64,000 bases of DNA from an uncultured delta proteobacterium (GCA_963733195.1 CAVTCR010000059.1:96001-160000), one strand, 5' to 3'. Numbered from the stretch's first letter, positions 10,121 to 20,494 are shown. Translations and numbers: made by a program. The notes: generated from the sequence alone by a model not told the origin.

Positions 10121-10972
10121 ATGCGTATTGGTACCATCCAAAGTCTCTGGCGTTATCCAGTCAAATCGATGCTCGGCGAGCAATTATCCAGCACCTCCCT
10201 TGGTCCGCTGGGTATACCGGGTGATCGAGGTTATGCGATTCGTGATGAACGCGCGGGTGAAATTCGCGGGGCAAAGAATATTCCGCAACTGTTCCAGTTC
10301 TCTGCACGTTATCTCGCCGCACCGTCTGACTCACATATTCCTCCTGTCGAGATCACCCTGCCGAACCGAACGATCGTACGGACAGACGATCCAACGATAC
10401 ACGCACAGATCTCACAAGTGTTGGGCAAAGAAGTCACGATCTGGCCACGTCAACCAAAAGAAAACACCGACCATTACCTTCGTGCTCCTGGAGGTCTCGG
10501 TGACCTGCGACCAGTCTTTGGCTTAGAAGAAGGAGAACCTCTGCCTTCTTTTGAGGGCATTCCTGAGGAGATTTTCCAATATGTTGCGCCGCTGGGAACC
10601 TATTTCGACGCCTATCCGATTCATCTCCTCACTACCGCAAGTCTGCAAGGACTTTCCGCTCATTATCCAGAAGGCGCATTTGCCCCGGAGCGATTCCGTC
10701 CCAATATTGTCATCGCCACTGACGACAACAGTACACCAGATGTCGAAGCCTCGTGGAAAGGAAAAGTGCTGCGTTTAGGGGAGATTGAGTTGTCTGTGAA
10801 CGTACCTACGATCCGCTGCGTTATGACAACGTTACCCCAAGGAGAGCTGCCAAAAGATCCACGCATTTTGCGGACTCTTGTTCATCACAACGGTCACCAC
10901 GTCGGGTCCTACGCTACCGTCCATAAAGGAGGTGAGATTCGCGTAGGTGACCCGGTTGAATTACTGTCGTAG
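10121..10972 (+). CDS. MOSC domain protein (molybdenum cofactor sulfurase C-terminal / YcbX-like)
   Basis: LWRYPVKSM, GDRGYA, FDAYPIHLLT, RFRPNIV, RCVMTT, GEIRVGD. Confidence 0.92.
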   Translation: MRIGTIQSLWRYPVKSMLGEQLSSTSLGPLGIPGDRGYAIRDERAGEIRGAKNIPQLFQFSARYLAAPSDSHIPPVEITLPNRTIVRTDDPTIHAQISQVLGKEVTIWPRQPKENTDHYLRAPGGLGDLRPVFGLEEGEPLPSFEGIPEEIFQYVAPLGTYFDAYPIHLLTTASLQGLSAHYPEGAFAPERFRPNIVIATDDNSTPDVEASWKGKVLRLGEIELSVNVPTIRCVMTTLPQGELPKDPRILRTLVHHNGHHVGSYATVHKGGEIRVGDPVELLS

Positions 10973-11135
10973 GAAAGAACCTGGGCGTTGATAATGTAGA
11001 GAATCGGAATCTTGTCATATTGTTGTTCTATTTTACTCCTATAGAGGGACTATTATCGCCAAAATCGCCCAACTCGCCCGTAAACAGTTGTCAGACCACG
11101 GAATTGTCTGTATAAGATAGTGTCATGTGGAGGAA

Positions 11136-11342
11136 ATGGTGCTGACGAATTCTCTTACTCCCCCTTACCAACGAGCAATTCCTCTCATCTCCCCTCTTAT
11201 CGCAAATGCTTTCGCAAAGCCGGATGACAACCTTAACGAACTATATCGGTGTGCGATTTTCCATAATCATTTCAAAGAATTGCAGCTGTGGCAGTACCAG
11301 GCAACGGTGGTTATGCAACGCAAAAGAGTTGCTCTCCCCTGA
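11136..11342 (+). CDS. Possible small hypothetical protein
   Basis: GGAGG close to ATG; fills part of a 530-bp intergenic gap; no recognisable motif. Confidence 0.25.
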   Translation: MVLTNSLTPPYQRAIPLISPLIANAFAKPDDNLNELYRCAIFHNHFKELQLWQYQATVVMQRKRVALP

Positions 11343-11506
11343 TCTTCGCTGTGTTAAGTTTCAAAGGGACCATGAGCGTAAGGCTATAGATTGATTGCAA
11401 AACAGACCTCGTTGATAGTACTTGTGTCCGTTATCTTGCTCTTGCCTGAGGGAACGCAGATGAATTTAAGCGGACACAAGGGGCCACGGCTCAATATGTA
11501 GGAGAG

Positions 11507-12013
11507 ATGTTTTACCGGGTCTTTATTGGTCTCGGTTCAAATCTCGGCAACCGACGAGCGAACTATAAGAAAGCGCTAGAGCTGATCACTGCGCTGCCGA
11601 AGACGCGTATTGTGAAACGCTCCTCTCTGTACGAGAGTGAACCGATCGGAGATGCTAAGAACTGGTATGTCAACGGCGTGATAGAAATAGAGACCGACTT
11701 CGCCCCAGATAAATTGCTCGCTCGCCTACAGGCCATTGAGAAGGCGATGGGCCGTAAGAAGACTCCACAAACAAAAAAATGGGCCTCACGCAAGATTGAT
11801 CTCGATATTCTCCTGTTCGATAACTACATCGTTGACAGCCGAAATTTGAAGATTCCCCACCCAGAAATTCCTAATCGCCGGTTCGTCCTTCTTCCCCTTT
11901 CTGAGCTTGCCCCCCAACTTGCTCATCCTCGCCTTGGGGCGACTTTTGCCAAGTTACTTGCCGCCTTAAAAGATGCTAAGAAGGTAATGCTCTTACCACC
12001 TAATGCTGACTAA
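11507..12013 (+). CDS. folK: 2-amino-4-hydroxy-6-hydroxymethyldihydropteridine diphosphokinase
   Basis: IGLGSNLG, SSLYESEP, IEKAMGR, RKIDLDILL, IPHP, RRFVLLPL. Confidence 0.96.
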   Translation: MFYRVFIGLGSNLGNRRANYKKALELITALPKTRIVKRSSLYESEPIGDAKNWYVNGVIEIETDFAPDKLLARLQAIEKAMGRKKTPQTKKWASRKIDLDILLFDNYIVDSRNLKIPHPEIPNRRFVLLPLSELAPQLAHPRLGATFAKLLAALKDAKKVMLLPPNAD

Positions 12014-12031
12014 GAGCAGAAAGAAGGCTTT

Positions 12032-12679
12032 ATGAAAATCTTCATCGACACCGCAGACGTTAAAGAAATTCGCGAAGCCAACGCGTGGGGAATCCTGGAT
12101 GGTGTCACCACCAATCCTTCCTTGATCGCGAAATCTGGACGATCGCAAGAGTCCGTTATTCAGGAGATCAGCTCGATTGTTGACGGGCCGATTAGCGCAG
12201 AAGTTGTGAGTGTCGACGCACCAGGAATGATTGAAGAAGGCAAACGGTTGGCAGCGATTCACCCCAACGTTGTCGTCAAAGTCCCGATGATTCCTGAAGG
12301 GCTCAAAGCCACTAAGGCGCTCAGCGGCCAAGGGATTCGGGTCAACGTCACCCTCGTTTTTTCTTCTGCACAAGCTGTACTCGTCGCCAAAGCCGGCGCT
12401 ACTTTCGCGAGTCCGTTTATCGGTCGGCTTGACGATATCGCCGAGGACGGCATGGCATTGATCGCTTCGATCGTACAGATCTACAAAAATTATAATTTCC
12501 CAACCCAAGTATTGGTTGCCAGTGTCCGCAGTCCTATGCACTTCGTGCGTGCCGCTGAACTTGGGGCTCATGTTGCGACCTGTCCGTTCAACATCCTACA
12601 ACAAATCATGAAACATCCCCTTACTGACATTGGCTTAGAGAAATTTCTCGCTGATTATCACAAAGCGACCCAGCGTTAG
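12032..12679 (+). CDS. tal: Transaldolase (short TalC/FSA family)
   Basis: [18 protein letters not shown] (Glu), VVKVP (Schiff-base Lys), [13 protein letters not shown] (Phe, transaldolase-type rather than the FSA Tyr). Confidence 0.92.
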   Translation: MKIFIDTADVKEIREANAWGILDGVTTNPSLIAKSGRSQESVIQEISSIVDGPISAEVVSVDAPGMIEEGKRLAAIHPNVVVKVPMIPEGLKATKALSGQGIRVNVTLVFSSAQAVLVAKAGATFASPFIGRLDDIAEDGMALIASIVQIYKNYNFPTQVLVASVRSPMHFVRAAELGAHVATCPFNILQQIMKHPLTDIGLEKFLADYHKATQR

Positions 12680-12903
12680 GCGGGAGGCACCGCGAGACAC
12701 GGGGCACGGCTTGGGCCGTGTCCGTACAGCGCTACGAAACGTGCCCGTGGCTCCCTCTATCATTGTGCATAGAACATGCGGTTTTGCTGGTCTTGACGAT
12801 CAGGAGACGAGGGGCCTAACATGACTCCTCCATATGGCCTATTGCTCTGGCTTTCATCGTAGAGCTAGATTACTGAGAGCCTAGCAAAAGGAAGTGTTTT
12901 TGT

Positions 12904-14037
12904 ATGTTCCAACTTCCTCCGGTCTATTTTGAGCACTTGCTTGCCAGCTCGCTTGATATCGTCATTGCCGTCGACAACGAAGGCCAAATCATCTTTTACA
13001 ACGACGGAGCGTACCGAACCTTAGGGTATACGCTTGCCGAGATTCGCGGCAAACATGTCACTACTGTCTATCCCAACATTGCGGAAGCACGGCGAGTGAT
13101 GGCAGCAATGCGTGGCAAAGAATCTGGAGAAACAGGGCAAGTCAAGAATTTTGAAACCGAGCTGGTTGCTAAAAATGGCGAGCATATTCCTGTAGCGATC
13201 TCGGGGTCGGTGATTTACGATGAAATTGGCCATGAGCTCGGCTCGATTGGCTTTCTCAAAGATCTGCGTGAGATTCGTCGCCGTGACCAGCTTGCGACAC
13301 TTGGGGAGTTGGCTGTTGGCCTTGCCCATCGTATTAACAACCCTCTTGAGGTGATCTTCAACAACCTAGAAGTGCTCTCCAAACATCTCGCACAGGTGCT
13401 ACCCGACGAAGACCATGTAGTTGAAGAAGAACGAGTCGAATCGATTCATCGCGAACTCGAAAAAATTCGTGCGATTGTCAATCGAATCGATGATCTTGCG
13501 CACGGCAGCCACTACACGACCACTGAATACCTGCATGGCTCTCGTATGGCCGATCTCGGACGTGACGATGCTACTCTGTCGCCTGCTCCAGAAGAAACCC
13601 AACCGACCAATCGCGCCCTTGCAGGGCTGACTATTCTTGTGGTCGATGATGACTTGGGAGTGTGTTACTCGTTACGGGATCTCCTCCGCGAAGAAGGTTG
13701 CGAAGTAGAAGTTGCGACTAATGGTCTGGATGCACTGAAGGTACTGGCGCGACGCAAGGTCGATATCGTAGTAAGCGATGTCGTCATGCCTGACCTTGAT
13801 GGCTATGATCTCTACATGGAGGTTCGTGAACGCTATCGGCAAACTCCAGTTATTTTGATGACGGCATACTTTTACGACAAAGACCATGTCATCAAACGCA
13901 GCCGTCTTGAGGGACTACAAGAAGTGATCTTTAAGAAGCCAGTCGATCCGGCTCGGCTCAAACAGATCATTCTCCAGCGCTGTCGACCTGAAGTGGTTCC
14001 TCCGCAGCCAGCCCTACCTGCTCAGGAAGAGAAGTGA
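12904..14037 (+). CDS. PAS - HisKA - receiver protein without HATPase domain
   Basis: PAS (IIFYNDGA..LGY..KNGEHIPV), H-box LGELAVGLAHRINNPL, REC (VVDDD, SDVVMPDLDG, LMTAY, KKP); no N/G1/F/G2 boxes. Confidence 0.85.
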   Translation: MFQLPPVYFEHLLASSLDIVIAVDNEGQIIFYNDGAYRTLGYTLAEIRGKHVTTVYPNIAEARRVMAAMRGKESGETGQVKNFETELVAKNGEHIPVAISGSVIYDEIGHELGSIGFLKDLREIRRRDQLATLGELAVGLAHRINNPLEVIFNNLEVLSKHLAQVLPDEDHVVEEERVESIHRELEKIRAIVNRIDDLAHGSHYTTTEYLHGSRMADLGRDDATLSPAPEETQPTNRALAGLTILVVDDDLGVCYSLRDLLREEGCEVEVATNGLDALKVLARRKVDIVVSDVVMPDLDGYDLYMEVRERYRQTPVILMTAYFYDKDHVIKRSRLEGLQEVIFKKPVDPARLKQIILQRCRPEVVPPQPALPAQEEK

Positions 14038-15146
14038 CACTCACGGGGTATGCCACATTGGAAGGAACCGCTGCCTATCGGCAACGGTTCGCTCGCACGT
14101 GCGCGGCAGGTCATTTTCGTTCCTCTGCTGACCTTTGGCTCTCCTCTATCGGTCTGGGCACCTATTTAGGTGATGCAGACCAGCAAACTGACGCTCTCTA
14201 CACAGCCGCGATCACTCGCGCTGTGGAAATGGGATGTAACGTTCTTGATACTGCGATTAACTATCGCCACCAGCGCAGCGAGCGTGTTATCGGCCAGGCT
14301 CTTGCCACATGCACTCATGACGGACAGATTACACGTGACGCAATCGTCGTTGCCACCAAAGGCGGCTACATCGCTTTTGACGAAACTGTCCCTTCCGACC
14401 CACGCGCGTACGTGCACTCAAAGTTTATCGCCACAGGCTTAGCCACCGCTAGTGATATTGTCGATTGGAACTGTGTCGCCCCTCGCTATATTGATGCACA
14501 GGTTGAACAAAGCCTCAGCAATCTTGGGTTAGAAAGTATCGATATTTATTATCTCCATAATCCCGAAGCCCAATTGCAAAAGCGCACCCGATCAGATTTC
14601 TACAAACAACTCGAAGAAACATTCACGGTCCTCGAAGGGAAAGTCGCTGCCGGAAAAATTCGCCGCTACGGAACCGCGACGTGGAATGGCTATCGTCAAG
14701 CTCCGACGGCGCGCGACGTACTGTTTCTTAGTGATTTGATTGAAATTGCTGAACGTGTCGGGGACAAACAACATCATTTCAAAGTCGTGCAACTCCCCTA
14801 TAATCTTGCCATGATGGAGGCACTTACGCAGCGGAACCAACAGAACGGCAAAGCGACAGTGAGCTTTTTAGAAGCCGCGCACGACGCCGGTATCACGGTG
14901 ATGGCAAGTGCATCGATTATGCAAGGACGACTCTCTCATCAGTTGCCTGCCGCTATTGGCGATGCCCTGGGTGGGCTTCATTCTGATGCCCAGCGAGCCA
15001 TTCAGTTCACTCGTTCAACTCCTGGGATCACGACGGCCTTAGTTGGGATGAAATCAATTGCTCATGTTGAGCATAATCTGGAACTGATAAAGGTTTCACC
15101 TGCATCGTTTGATCAGTTTCAAAAACTGTTTCATGATCGTACTTAA
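14034..15146 (+). CDS. Aldo/keto reductase
   Basis: IGLGTY, DTAINY, VVATKGG, SLSNL..IDIYYLHNP, VQLPYNL, ALVGM..HVEHNL. Confidence 0.92.
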   Translation: MTLTGYATLEGTAAYRQRFARTCAAGHFRSSADLWLSSIGLGTYLGDADQQTDALYTAAITRAVEMGCNVLDTAINYRHQRSERVIGQALATCTHDGQITRDAIVVATKGGYIAFDETVPSDPRAYVHSKFIATGLATASDIVDWNCVAPRYIDAQVEQSLSNLGLESIDIYYLHNPEAQLQKRTRSDFYKQLEETFTVLEGKVAAGKIRRYGTATWNGYRQAPTARDVLFLSDLIEIAERVGDKQHHFKVVQLPYNLAMMEALTQRNQQNGKATVSFLEAAHDAGITVMASASIMQGRLSHQLPAAIGDALGGLHSDAQRAIQFTRSTPGITTALVGMKSIAHVEHNLELIKVSPASFDQFQKLFHDRT

Positions 15147-15229
15147 CCCTTAACAACGCGCTAGCGAGGCCAAGTTGAAGAGGGTACGGATCTAGGGTGC
15201 CCTTCTCACCACCTTCTGATTTTTGTTTC

Positions 15230-15264
15230 GATTGGTATCCTAATACTTGATTAGTATCCTGATA
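15230..15264 (+). promoter_or_regulatory. Duplicated 16-bp operator-like box upstream of pckG
   Basis: GATTGGTATCCTAATA and GATTAGTATCCTGATA (14/16 identical), each pseudo-palindromic. Confidence 0.5.
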
Positions 15265-15303
15265 AGGGTAAATTCTTCGTAGATTTTAGGAAAGGATGCA
15301 CCT

Positions 15304-17050
15304 ATGCCAACCCCCCTGGAGCGATGGGTCGAGGAATGTGCCCAACTCACCCGTCCAAAGAATGTTCACTGGTGTGACGGCTCTGAAGCTGAATACCAAC
15401 ACTTAATTAAGGAAATGCTTGCGAGTGGAACCCTAATGGAACTCAATCAGAAAGAGTATCCTGGTTGCTACTTGCATCGCAGCGACCCCAGCGATGTTGC
15501 GCGGACAGAACATCTGACCTTTGTTTGTACGAGTCAAAAAGAGACCGCCGGACCGAATAACAACTGGATGCCACCAGCGGAAGCGAAAGAGAAAATCGGC
15601 GCGTTATTCTCGGGCGCGATGAAAGATCGCACCATGTATGTGGTTCCCTATATCATGGGGCCGGTGAATTCTCCCTATAGTCAGGTCGGTGTAGAACTCA
15701 CTGACAGTCCATACGTGGCAGTCAGCATGCGAACGATGACGCGGATGGGCAAGGCCGCCTCTGATCGGCTGGGTGCTTCAGACAAGTACGTGCGTGGACT
15801 TCACTCAATCGGCGATTTGAATCCTGAACGACGCTTCATCCTCCATTTTCCTGAAGAACGGTTGCTGTGGTCTATTGGTTCCGGCTACGGCGGGAATGCG
15901 CTGCTCGGCAAGAAGTGCCACGCCCTCCGCCTTGGGAGTTACATGGCACGCGAAGAGGGATGGTTAGCCGAACATATGCTCATTCTCGGTATCGAGGACC
16001 CGAGTGGTCGGACCACCTATATTTCTGCGGCGTTTCCGAGTGCGTGCGGCAAAACTAACCTGGCCATGCTTGTGCCCCCGGCGAGTCAGAAAGGCTACAA
16101 AGTGTGGACGGTTGGAGAAGACATCGCGTGGATGCAACCTGGGCCGGATGGACGGTTATGGGCTATTAACCCAGAGGCTGGCTTCTTTGGCGTCGCTCCT
16201 GGAACGAACCGCAAAACCAATCCGAATGTGATGGAGACTATTCGCAAGAATACCATCTTCACTAACGTTGCCCTCACCCCGCATGGAACTCCGTACTGGG
16301 AAGGGATGGATGGCCCTCCACCGCATGAAGCGATCGACTGGCAAGGAAAGCCATGGACGCCAGACAGTACCACGAAAGCGGCACATCCGAATTCACGCTT
16401 CACGACTCCTGCTCGGCAGTGTCCAGCGATGTCACCGGAATGGGAAAACCCTAATGGCGTACCAATTTCAGCGATCCTGTTTGGTGGTCGCCGTGCGAGC
16501 TTAGTGCCGCTCGTCTACCAGTCGTTTAACTGGCAGCATGGTGTCTTTCTGGGTGCGACCATGGCCTCTGAAACAACCGCCGCGGCTACTGGTGCGGTTG
16601 GTGTTGTGCGCAGAGATCCGATGGCGATGCTTCCATTCTGTGGCTACAACATGGGCGATTATTTCGCCCACTGGCTGCGCGTAGGGAAAAGTTTGAAAAA
16701 TCCGCCGCTGATTTTCCGGGTAAACTGGTTCCGTATGAGTCCAGAAGGAAAGTATCTGTGGCCAGGATTTTGGCGAGAACCTTCGCGTCTTGCGCTGGGT
16801 GCTGAACCGAGTACATGAAGAAGTTGGCGCAGCCGAGACTCCGATTGGCTATCTCCCCCATCCTTCTGGTATCGATGTCACCGGGCTCGACGTTACCCCG
16901 GAGATTTTACGGGACCTTCTTGGAGTAGATCGCAAAGGCTGGGCTGAAGCAGTGGGCGGCCAGAAAGAGTACTTTGGCAAGTATGGAGATCGGATGCCCA
17001 ATGAACTCTGGCAGGAATGTGAAGCGTTAGAGAAACGACTGCAGGCTTAG
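15304..17050 (+). CDS. pckG: Phosphoenolpyruvate carboxykinase (GTP); apparent frameshift near 16770
   Basis: [65 protein letters not shown]; removing one T restores [13 protein letters not shown] into ORF 16790..17050. Confidence 0.95.
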
Positions 17051-17053
17051 GCC

Positions 17054-17152
17054 AATGAAGAATGATGAATGAAGGGTTCGACGAGTCAGAAGAATTCAAA
17101 ACTGCCCTGTTTTAACTCTCGATTCTTCGACTTCTTAACTCTTAATTCTTAA
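17054..17152. repeat. Inverted pair of heptamer arrays
   Basis: AATGAAG AATGATG AATGAAG right after the stop; complementary TTCTTCG..TTCTTAA CTCTTAA TTCTTAA before pduO. Confidence 0.65.
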
Positions 17153-17160
17153 TCATTCCC

Positions 17161-17787
17161 ATGGCTATCCGTATCACCAAAGTATATACCCGCACCGGCG
17201 ACAAAGGCTTCACCAAGCTGGTAGGTGGCAAGAAGGTCGCCAAAGATGCTACGCGCATCGAATCCTACGGTACTATTGATGAATTAAACTCAGTCTTTGG
17301 TCTTGCTCGCGTGTTTAACGACGAATTGAAAGACCGACTGCCAGCAGCCAAACGACTCGATGAGATTTTTCGCCGTTTACAAAACGAACTGTTTGATCTA
17401 GGCAGTGAACTCGCCACTCCGGCGGATTTCTCTTACGAAGGCATGTTTCGTGTTGGCGACGGGGAAGTCAAAGCACTCGAACAACTCATCGATGAATTGC
17501 AGAAAGATCTTACTCCCCTCAATTCGTTCATCTTACCCGGTGGGGGGAAAGTCAGCGGATTTCTTCACCAAGCTCGCACTGTCTGTCGTCGTGCCGAACG
17601 TGAGATTTTGCGATTGTCACGTGAAGAAGAGATCAGCGAGTGGCCGCTCAAGTATGTCAACCGTCTCAGCGATCTGTTGTTCGTTCTCTCACGCTGGGTG
17701 AGTAAAAACCTCAGCGAGCCCGAATACCTATGGGAACGTGGCTTGCGAGGACACGATCGAAGGAAAAACGCGAAACGTGATGCGTAA
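17161..17787 (+). CDS. pduO: ATP:cob(I)alamin adenosyltransferase (PduO type)
   Basis: KVYTRTGDKG, YGTIDELNS, QNELFDLGSELA, FILPGG, ARTVCRRAER, YVNRLSDLLF. Confidence 0.95.
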   Translation: MAIRITKVYTRTGDKGFTKLVGGKKVAKDATRIESYGTIDELNSVFGLARVFNDELKDRLPAAKRLDEIFRRLQNELFDLGSELATPADFSYEGMFRVGDGEVKALEQLIDELQKDLTPLNSFILPGGGKVSGFLHQARTVCRRAEREILRLSREEEISEWPLKYVNRLSDLLFVLSRWVSKNLSEPEYLWERGLRGHDRRKNAKRDA

Positions 17788-17836
17788 TACATGACATGCA
17801 CCACGCGACACGTTCCACGCACTACGCATTACGCAA
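17767..17836. repeat. Ten-unit heptamer array in two inverted halves
   Basis: AACGCGA AACGTGA TGCGTAA TACATGA | CATGCAC CACGCGA CACGTTC CACGCAC TACGCAT TACGCAA; overlaps the pduO stop. Confidence 0.7.
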
Positions 17837-17848
17837 CAGGAGTTCCCA

Positions 17849-18532
17849 ATGGCCGATCCAACCCTCTATTTCAAACAAATCCAAATCGGACCAATGCAGA
17901 ATTTTGCCTATTTGATTGGTGATTCCACAACACGTGAGGCTCTTGTCGTTGATGCCGCCTGGGATATTCCGGCCATCGTGCGGATTGCTGAACAAGATGG
18001 TTACACGATCAACAAAGCGCTCGTGACTCATTATCACCAAGATCATTTAGGCGGCGATTTTCAGAGCTATAAGATTCCAGGGGCTGCTGAATTACTAGAA
18101 AGGGTCAAAGCCAAAGTCTACGTTAACAAAGCTGAAGCGCCGTTTTTGAATCGTATCGCCGGACTATCAGCCTCTGACATCATGCAAGTCGATGGTGGAG
18201 ACACAACCAACGTTGGGAACATTAAGGTCACTTTCATTCACACCCCTGGTCACACCCCCGGGTCGCAATGTTTCCTCGTTGAGAACTGCCTGATTGCCGG
18301 TGACACACTGTTCATTGGCTCCTGTGGGCGCGTTGATTTACCTGGGAGCAATCCCGAAGACATGTACTACAGCCTGCAAACACTCTCAAAACTAGCAGAT
18401 GAAACCATCCTGTATCCCGGCCACAACTACGCCGGACAACCTTCGGATACCATCGCTCAACAACGACGCCACAATATGTACCTGCATCTGAGCACAAAGA
18501 CGTTGCAGGAATTCATGTCAGTGATGGGCTAA
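17849..18532 (+). CDS. MBL-fold metallo-hydrolase (glyoxalase II-like)
   Basis: THYHQDHLGG, HTPGHTPGS, GDTLF..CGRVD, YPGH. Confidence 0.92.
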   Translation: MADPTLYFKQIQIGPMQNFAYLIGDSTTREALVVDAAWDIPAIVRIAEQDGYTINKALVTHYHQDHLGGDFQSYKIPGAAELLERVKAKVYVNKAEAPFLNRIAGLSASDIMQVDGGDTTNVGNIKVTFIHTPGHTPGSQCFLVENCLIAGDTLFIGSCGRVDLPGSNPEDMYYSLQTLSKLADETILYPGHNYAGQPSDTIAQQRRHNMYLHLSTKTLQEFMSVMG

Positions 18533-18627
18533 CCCCTTTTGACTCCGGACGCGAGGCACGAAACTCTAGACTGTCGAGCAACCCCTTAGCCTCTTTGAGG
18601 TCTACGGTATCAAACTCCTCTGTAAAC

Positions 18628-18659
18628 CAATGAAAAAATGGATCAATGAACAAATGAGG
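18628..18659. repeat. Degenerate octamer array
   Basis: CAATGAAA AAATGGAT CAATGAAC AAATGAGG, merging into the RBS. Confidence 0.55.
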
Positions 18660-18669
18660 AAATAGACCT

Positions 18670-19158
18670 ATGCAAGACCTGACCTCGATGGGCCAATCAG
18701 TCGGTGCGTTGCTAAAAGAGAAGAAGCATACGATTGCCGTTGCTGAGTCTTCTGCTGGTGGATTGATTTCTGCTGCATTGCTCTCGGTTCCTGGAGCGTC
18801 AGCGTATTTTCTTGCCGGAGGCGTGATCTATACACACGATGCGCGACGTGTATTACTCTCTGTTCCAGACGACGCACTGACTGGCCTCCGGGCTAGTACT
18901 GAAGAATACGCGCTGCGATTAGCCCGAGCTGTACGAGAGCGACTCGGAACGACCTGGGGGCTCAGTGAGACTGGTGCGACTGGACCGACTGGCAACCGTT
19001 ACGGTGACGCGGCAGGGCACGCGTGTGTTGCTGTAGTAGGACCGATCGAACAAACGTTGACGATCGAAACGCGCCATGGCAACCGCGAGTTGAACATGTG
19101 GTCGTTTACCCAGACGGCATTAGAGTTGTTGGAGAGCTGTATCAGGAAAAGTGCATAA
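18670..19158 (+). CDS. CinA C-terminal / PncC-like NMN amidohydrolase family protein
   Basis: AVAESSAGGLI, VPGASAYF..GVIY, SETGATGPTG. Confidence 0.85.
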   Translation: MQDLTSMGQSVGALLKEKKHTIAVAESSAGGLISAALLSVPGASAYFLAGGVIYTHDARRVLLSVPDDALTGLRASTEEYALRLARAVRERLGTTWGLSETGATGPTGNRYGDAAGHACVAVVGPIEQTLTIETRHGNRELNMWSFTQTALELLESCIRKSA

Positions 19159-19170
19159 AGCAGGAGGAAT

Positions 19171-19671
19171 ATGATGACTACGCGTTGCGTTCTCCCGTTC
19201 GTTTTCGCTGTCGGACTGATGATGTTCGTTCCAGCTACGGCATTGTCTCAAATCTCATTTGGCGTCGGTGGCGAGAATGTTGAGTCCGAAAGCTCCATGA
19301 TACCGTTCAAAATCGAACTTAAAGGCATTCTCAACGGGTTACACGAAGACAAGATCTTGGGCGTCGTAACATTCGAAATCAGTGCCTATCAAGGGAACTA
19401 CGATTTTGATGTCACAGAGGCAAAAGCGCTTGATGACGCACGAATCACGTCCTATTCAATCTTGCAAAAATATAAGAATGGTAAACGGAACATTACCTTG
19501 AGTGGCCCAGAGCATATGCTCTCGAAGATTGGTCAAGCAGCTCCAGGAACCCCACTCACCATTACTGGATTTCTGCGACAACGTTCGGGAAATCTCCAAT
19601 TAATCAGGGTAGAGGCGCCAATCGCAGGAAGTGAAGAAAAAACGCCTGCGGAACAATCCGCCGCCCAATAG
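19171..19671 (+). CDS. Hypothetical exported protein
   Basis: Signal-peptide-like N-terminus ending ATALS; RBS AGGAGG. Confidence 0.7.
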   Translation: MMTTRCVLPFVFAVGLMMFVPATALSQISFGVGGENVESESSMIPFKIELKGILNGLHEDKILGVVTFEISAYQGNYDFDVTEAKALDDARITSYSILQKYKNGKRNITLSGPEHMLSKIGQAAPGTPLTITGFLRQRSGNLQLIRVEAPIAGSEEKTPAEQSAAQ

Positions 19672-19697
19672 TCCTTGCCTCTCGCGCTGCTCACTGG

Positions 19698-20477
19698 CTA
19701 CAAATCAATAGGCAGTTCCAGATAGTCGCGGTAAATGAAATCGCGATGTGCGAACAGAATCGGCTTGGCCGCGGCTTGGATGACCGGATCAGTGTTGGTG
19801 TACATCTTACGAAAAGGAGCTGGCATCGGACATTGTTCGTGTGGTAAAGGCTGAATGAGCGCGGCAAATGTTGATGAGTAGATATCCAACGCAGACAGCT
19901 GATTGCCGATATAAAACTTGCTCCCCTTTGTCTGCTGTTGTTCGAGTCGCGCCACGAGGAACCGTACGATGTCGGCGCATCGTGTGGCTGCTCCTTCAGC
20001 TTCCGGCGTATTGTACCCGTACTTGTCTCCGATGTACTGAGAAAAGGCACGGCTTTTCTCGTCAATCTTCGGATTCGACAGCGTGGGATGCACTAACATC
20101 AATCGCTTCGACCACCCAAACCCATGTTCACCACACAGTTCGTTACAGTATCCGAACATCAACGTGCGGTCTTCGATATTCGCAGGAATCAACGACGGGG
20201 TTGGTTGTAGACGTTCAGCGAGGAACAGTTGTTCGATCCAGGTCGAACGTGGTGGGTCCTCGTTCCAGGCAAATACTGGAGCAGTCGCTTGTGCCGTCCA
20301 TTCGATGAGAGGACGATTCTCGCCACCAATATCTTGACGGACACGGACATACGGAATCTTCTTCACGTACAGAATGCCCTTTGCTGCTTCGCTCCAGGGG
20401 CCTGGAACCCCTGGCGAAAGAACGACGCGGAGCCCAGACAGTTTTCGTGCCTCTTCAACACTGAGATATTCCGCCAT
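19698..20477 (-). CDS. Glutathione S-transferase-like protein
   Basis: PGPWSEAAKGILYVKKIPY, TAPV, C-terminal FYIGNQLSALDIY. Confidence 0.75.
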   Translation of the reverse strand: MAEYLSVEEARKLSGLRVVLSPGVPGPWSEAAKGILYVKKIPYVRVRQDIGGENRPLIEWTAQATAPVFAWNEDPPRSTWIEQLFLAERLQPTPSLIPANIEDRTLMFGYCNELCGEHGFGWSKRLMLVHPTLSNPKIDEKSRAFSQYIGDKYGYNTPEAEGAATRCADIVRFLVARLEQQQTKGSKFYIGNQLSALDIYSSTFAALIQPLPHEQCPMPAPFRKMYTNTDPVIQAAAKPILFAHRDFIYRDYLELPIDL

Positions 20478-20494
20478 ATTTGTCTTCCTTCCTG

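Noticed and set aside
16760-16780. Programmed frameshifting in pckG (also lhgO, P450)
   Set aside because: No slippery heptamer with stimulatory structure; single extra bases in short runs across many unrelated genes fit sequencing error better
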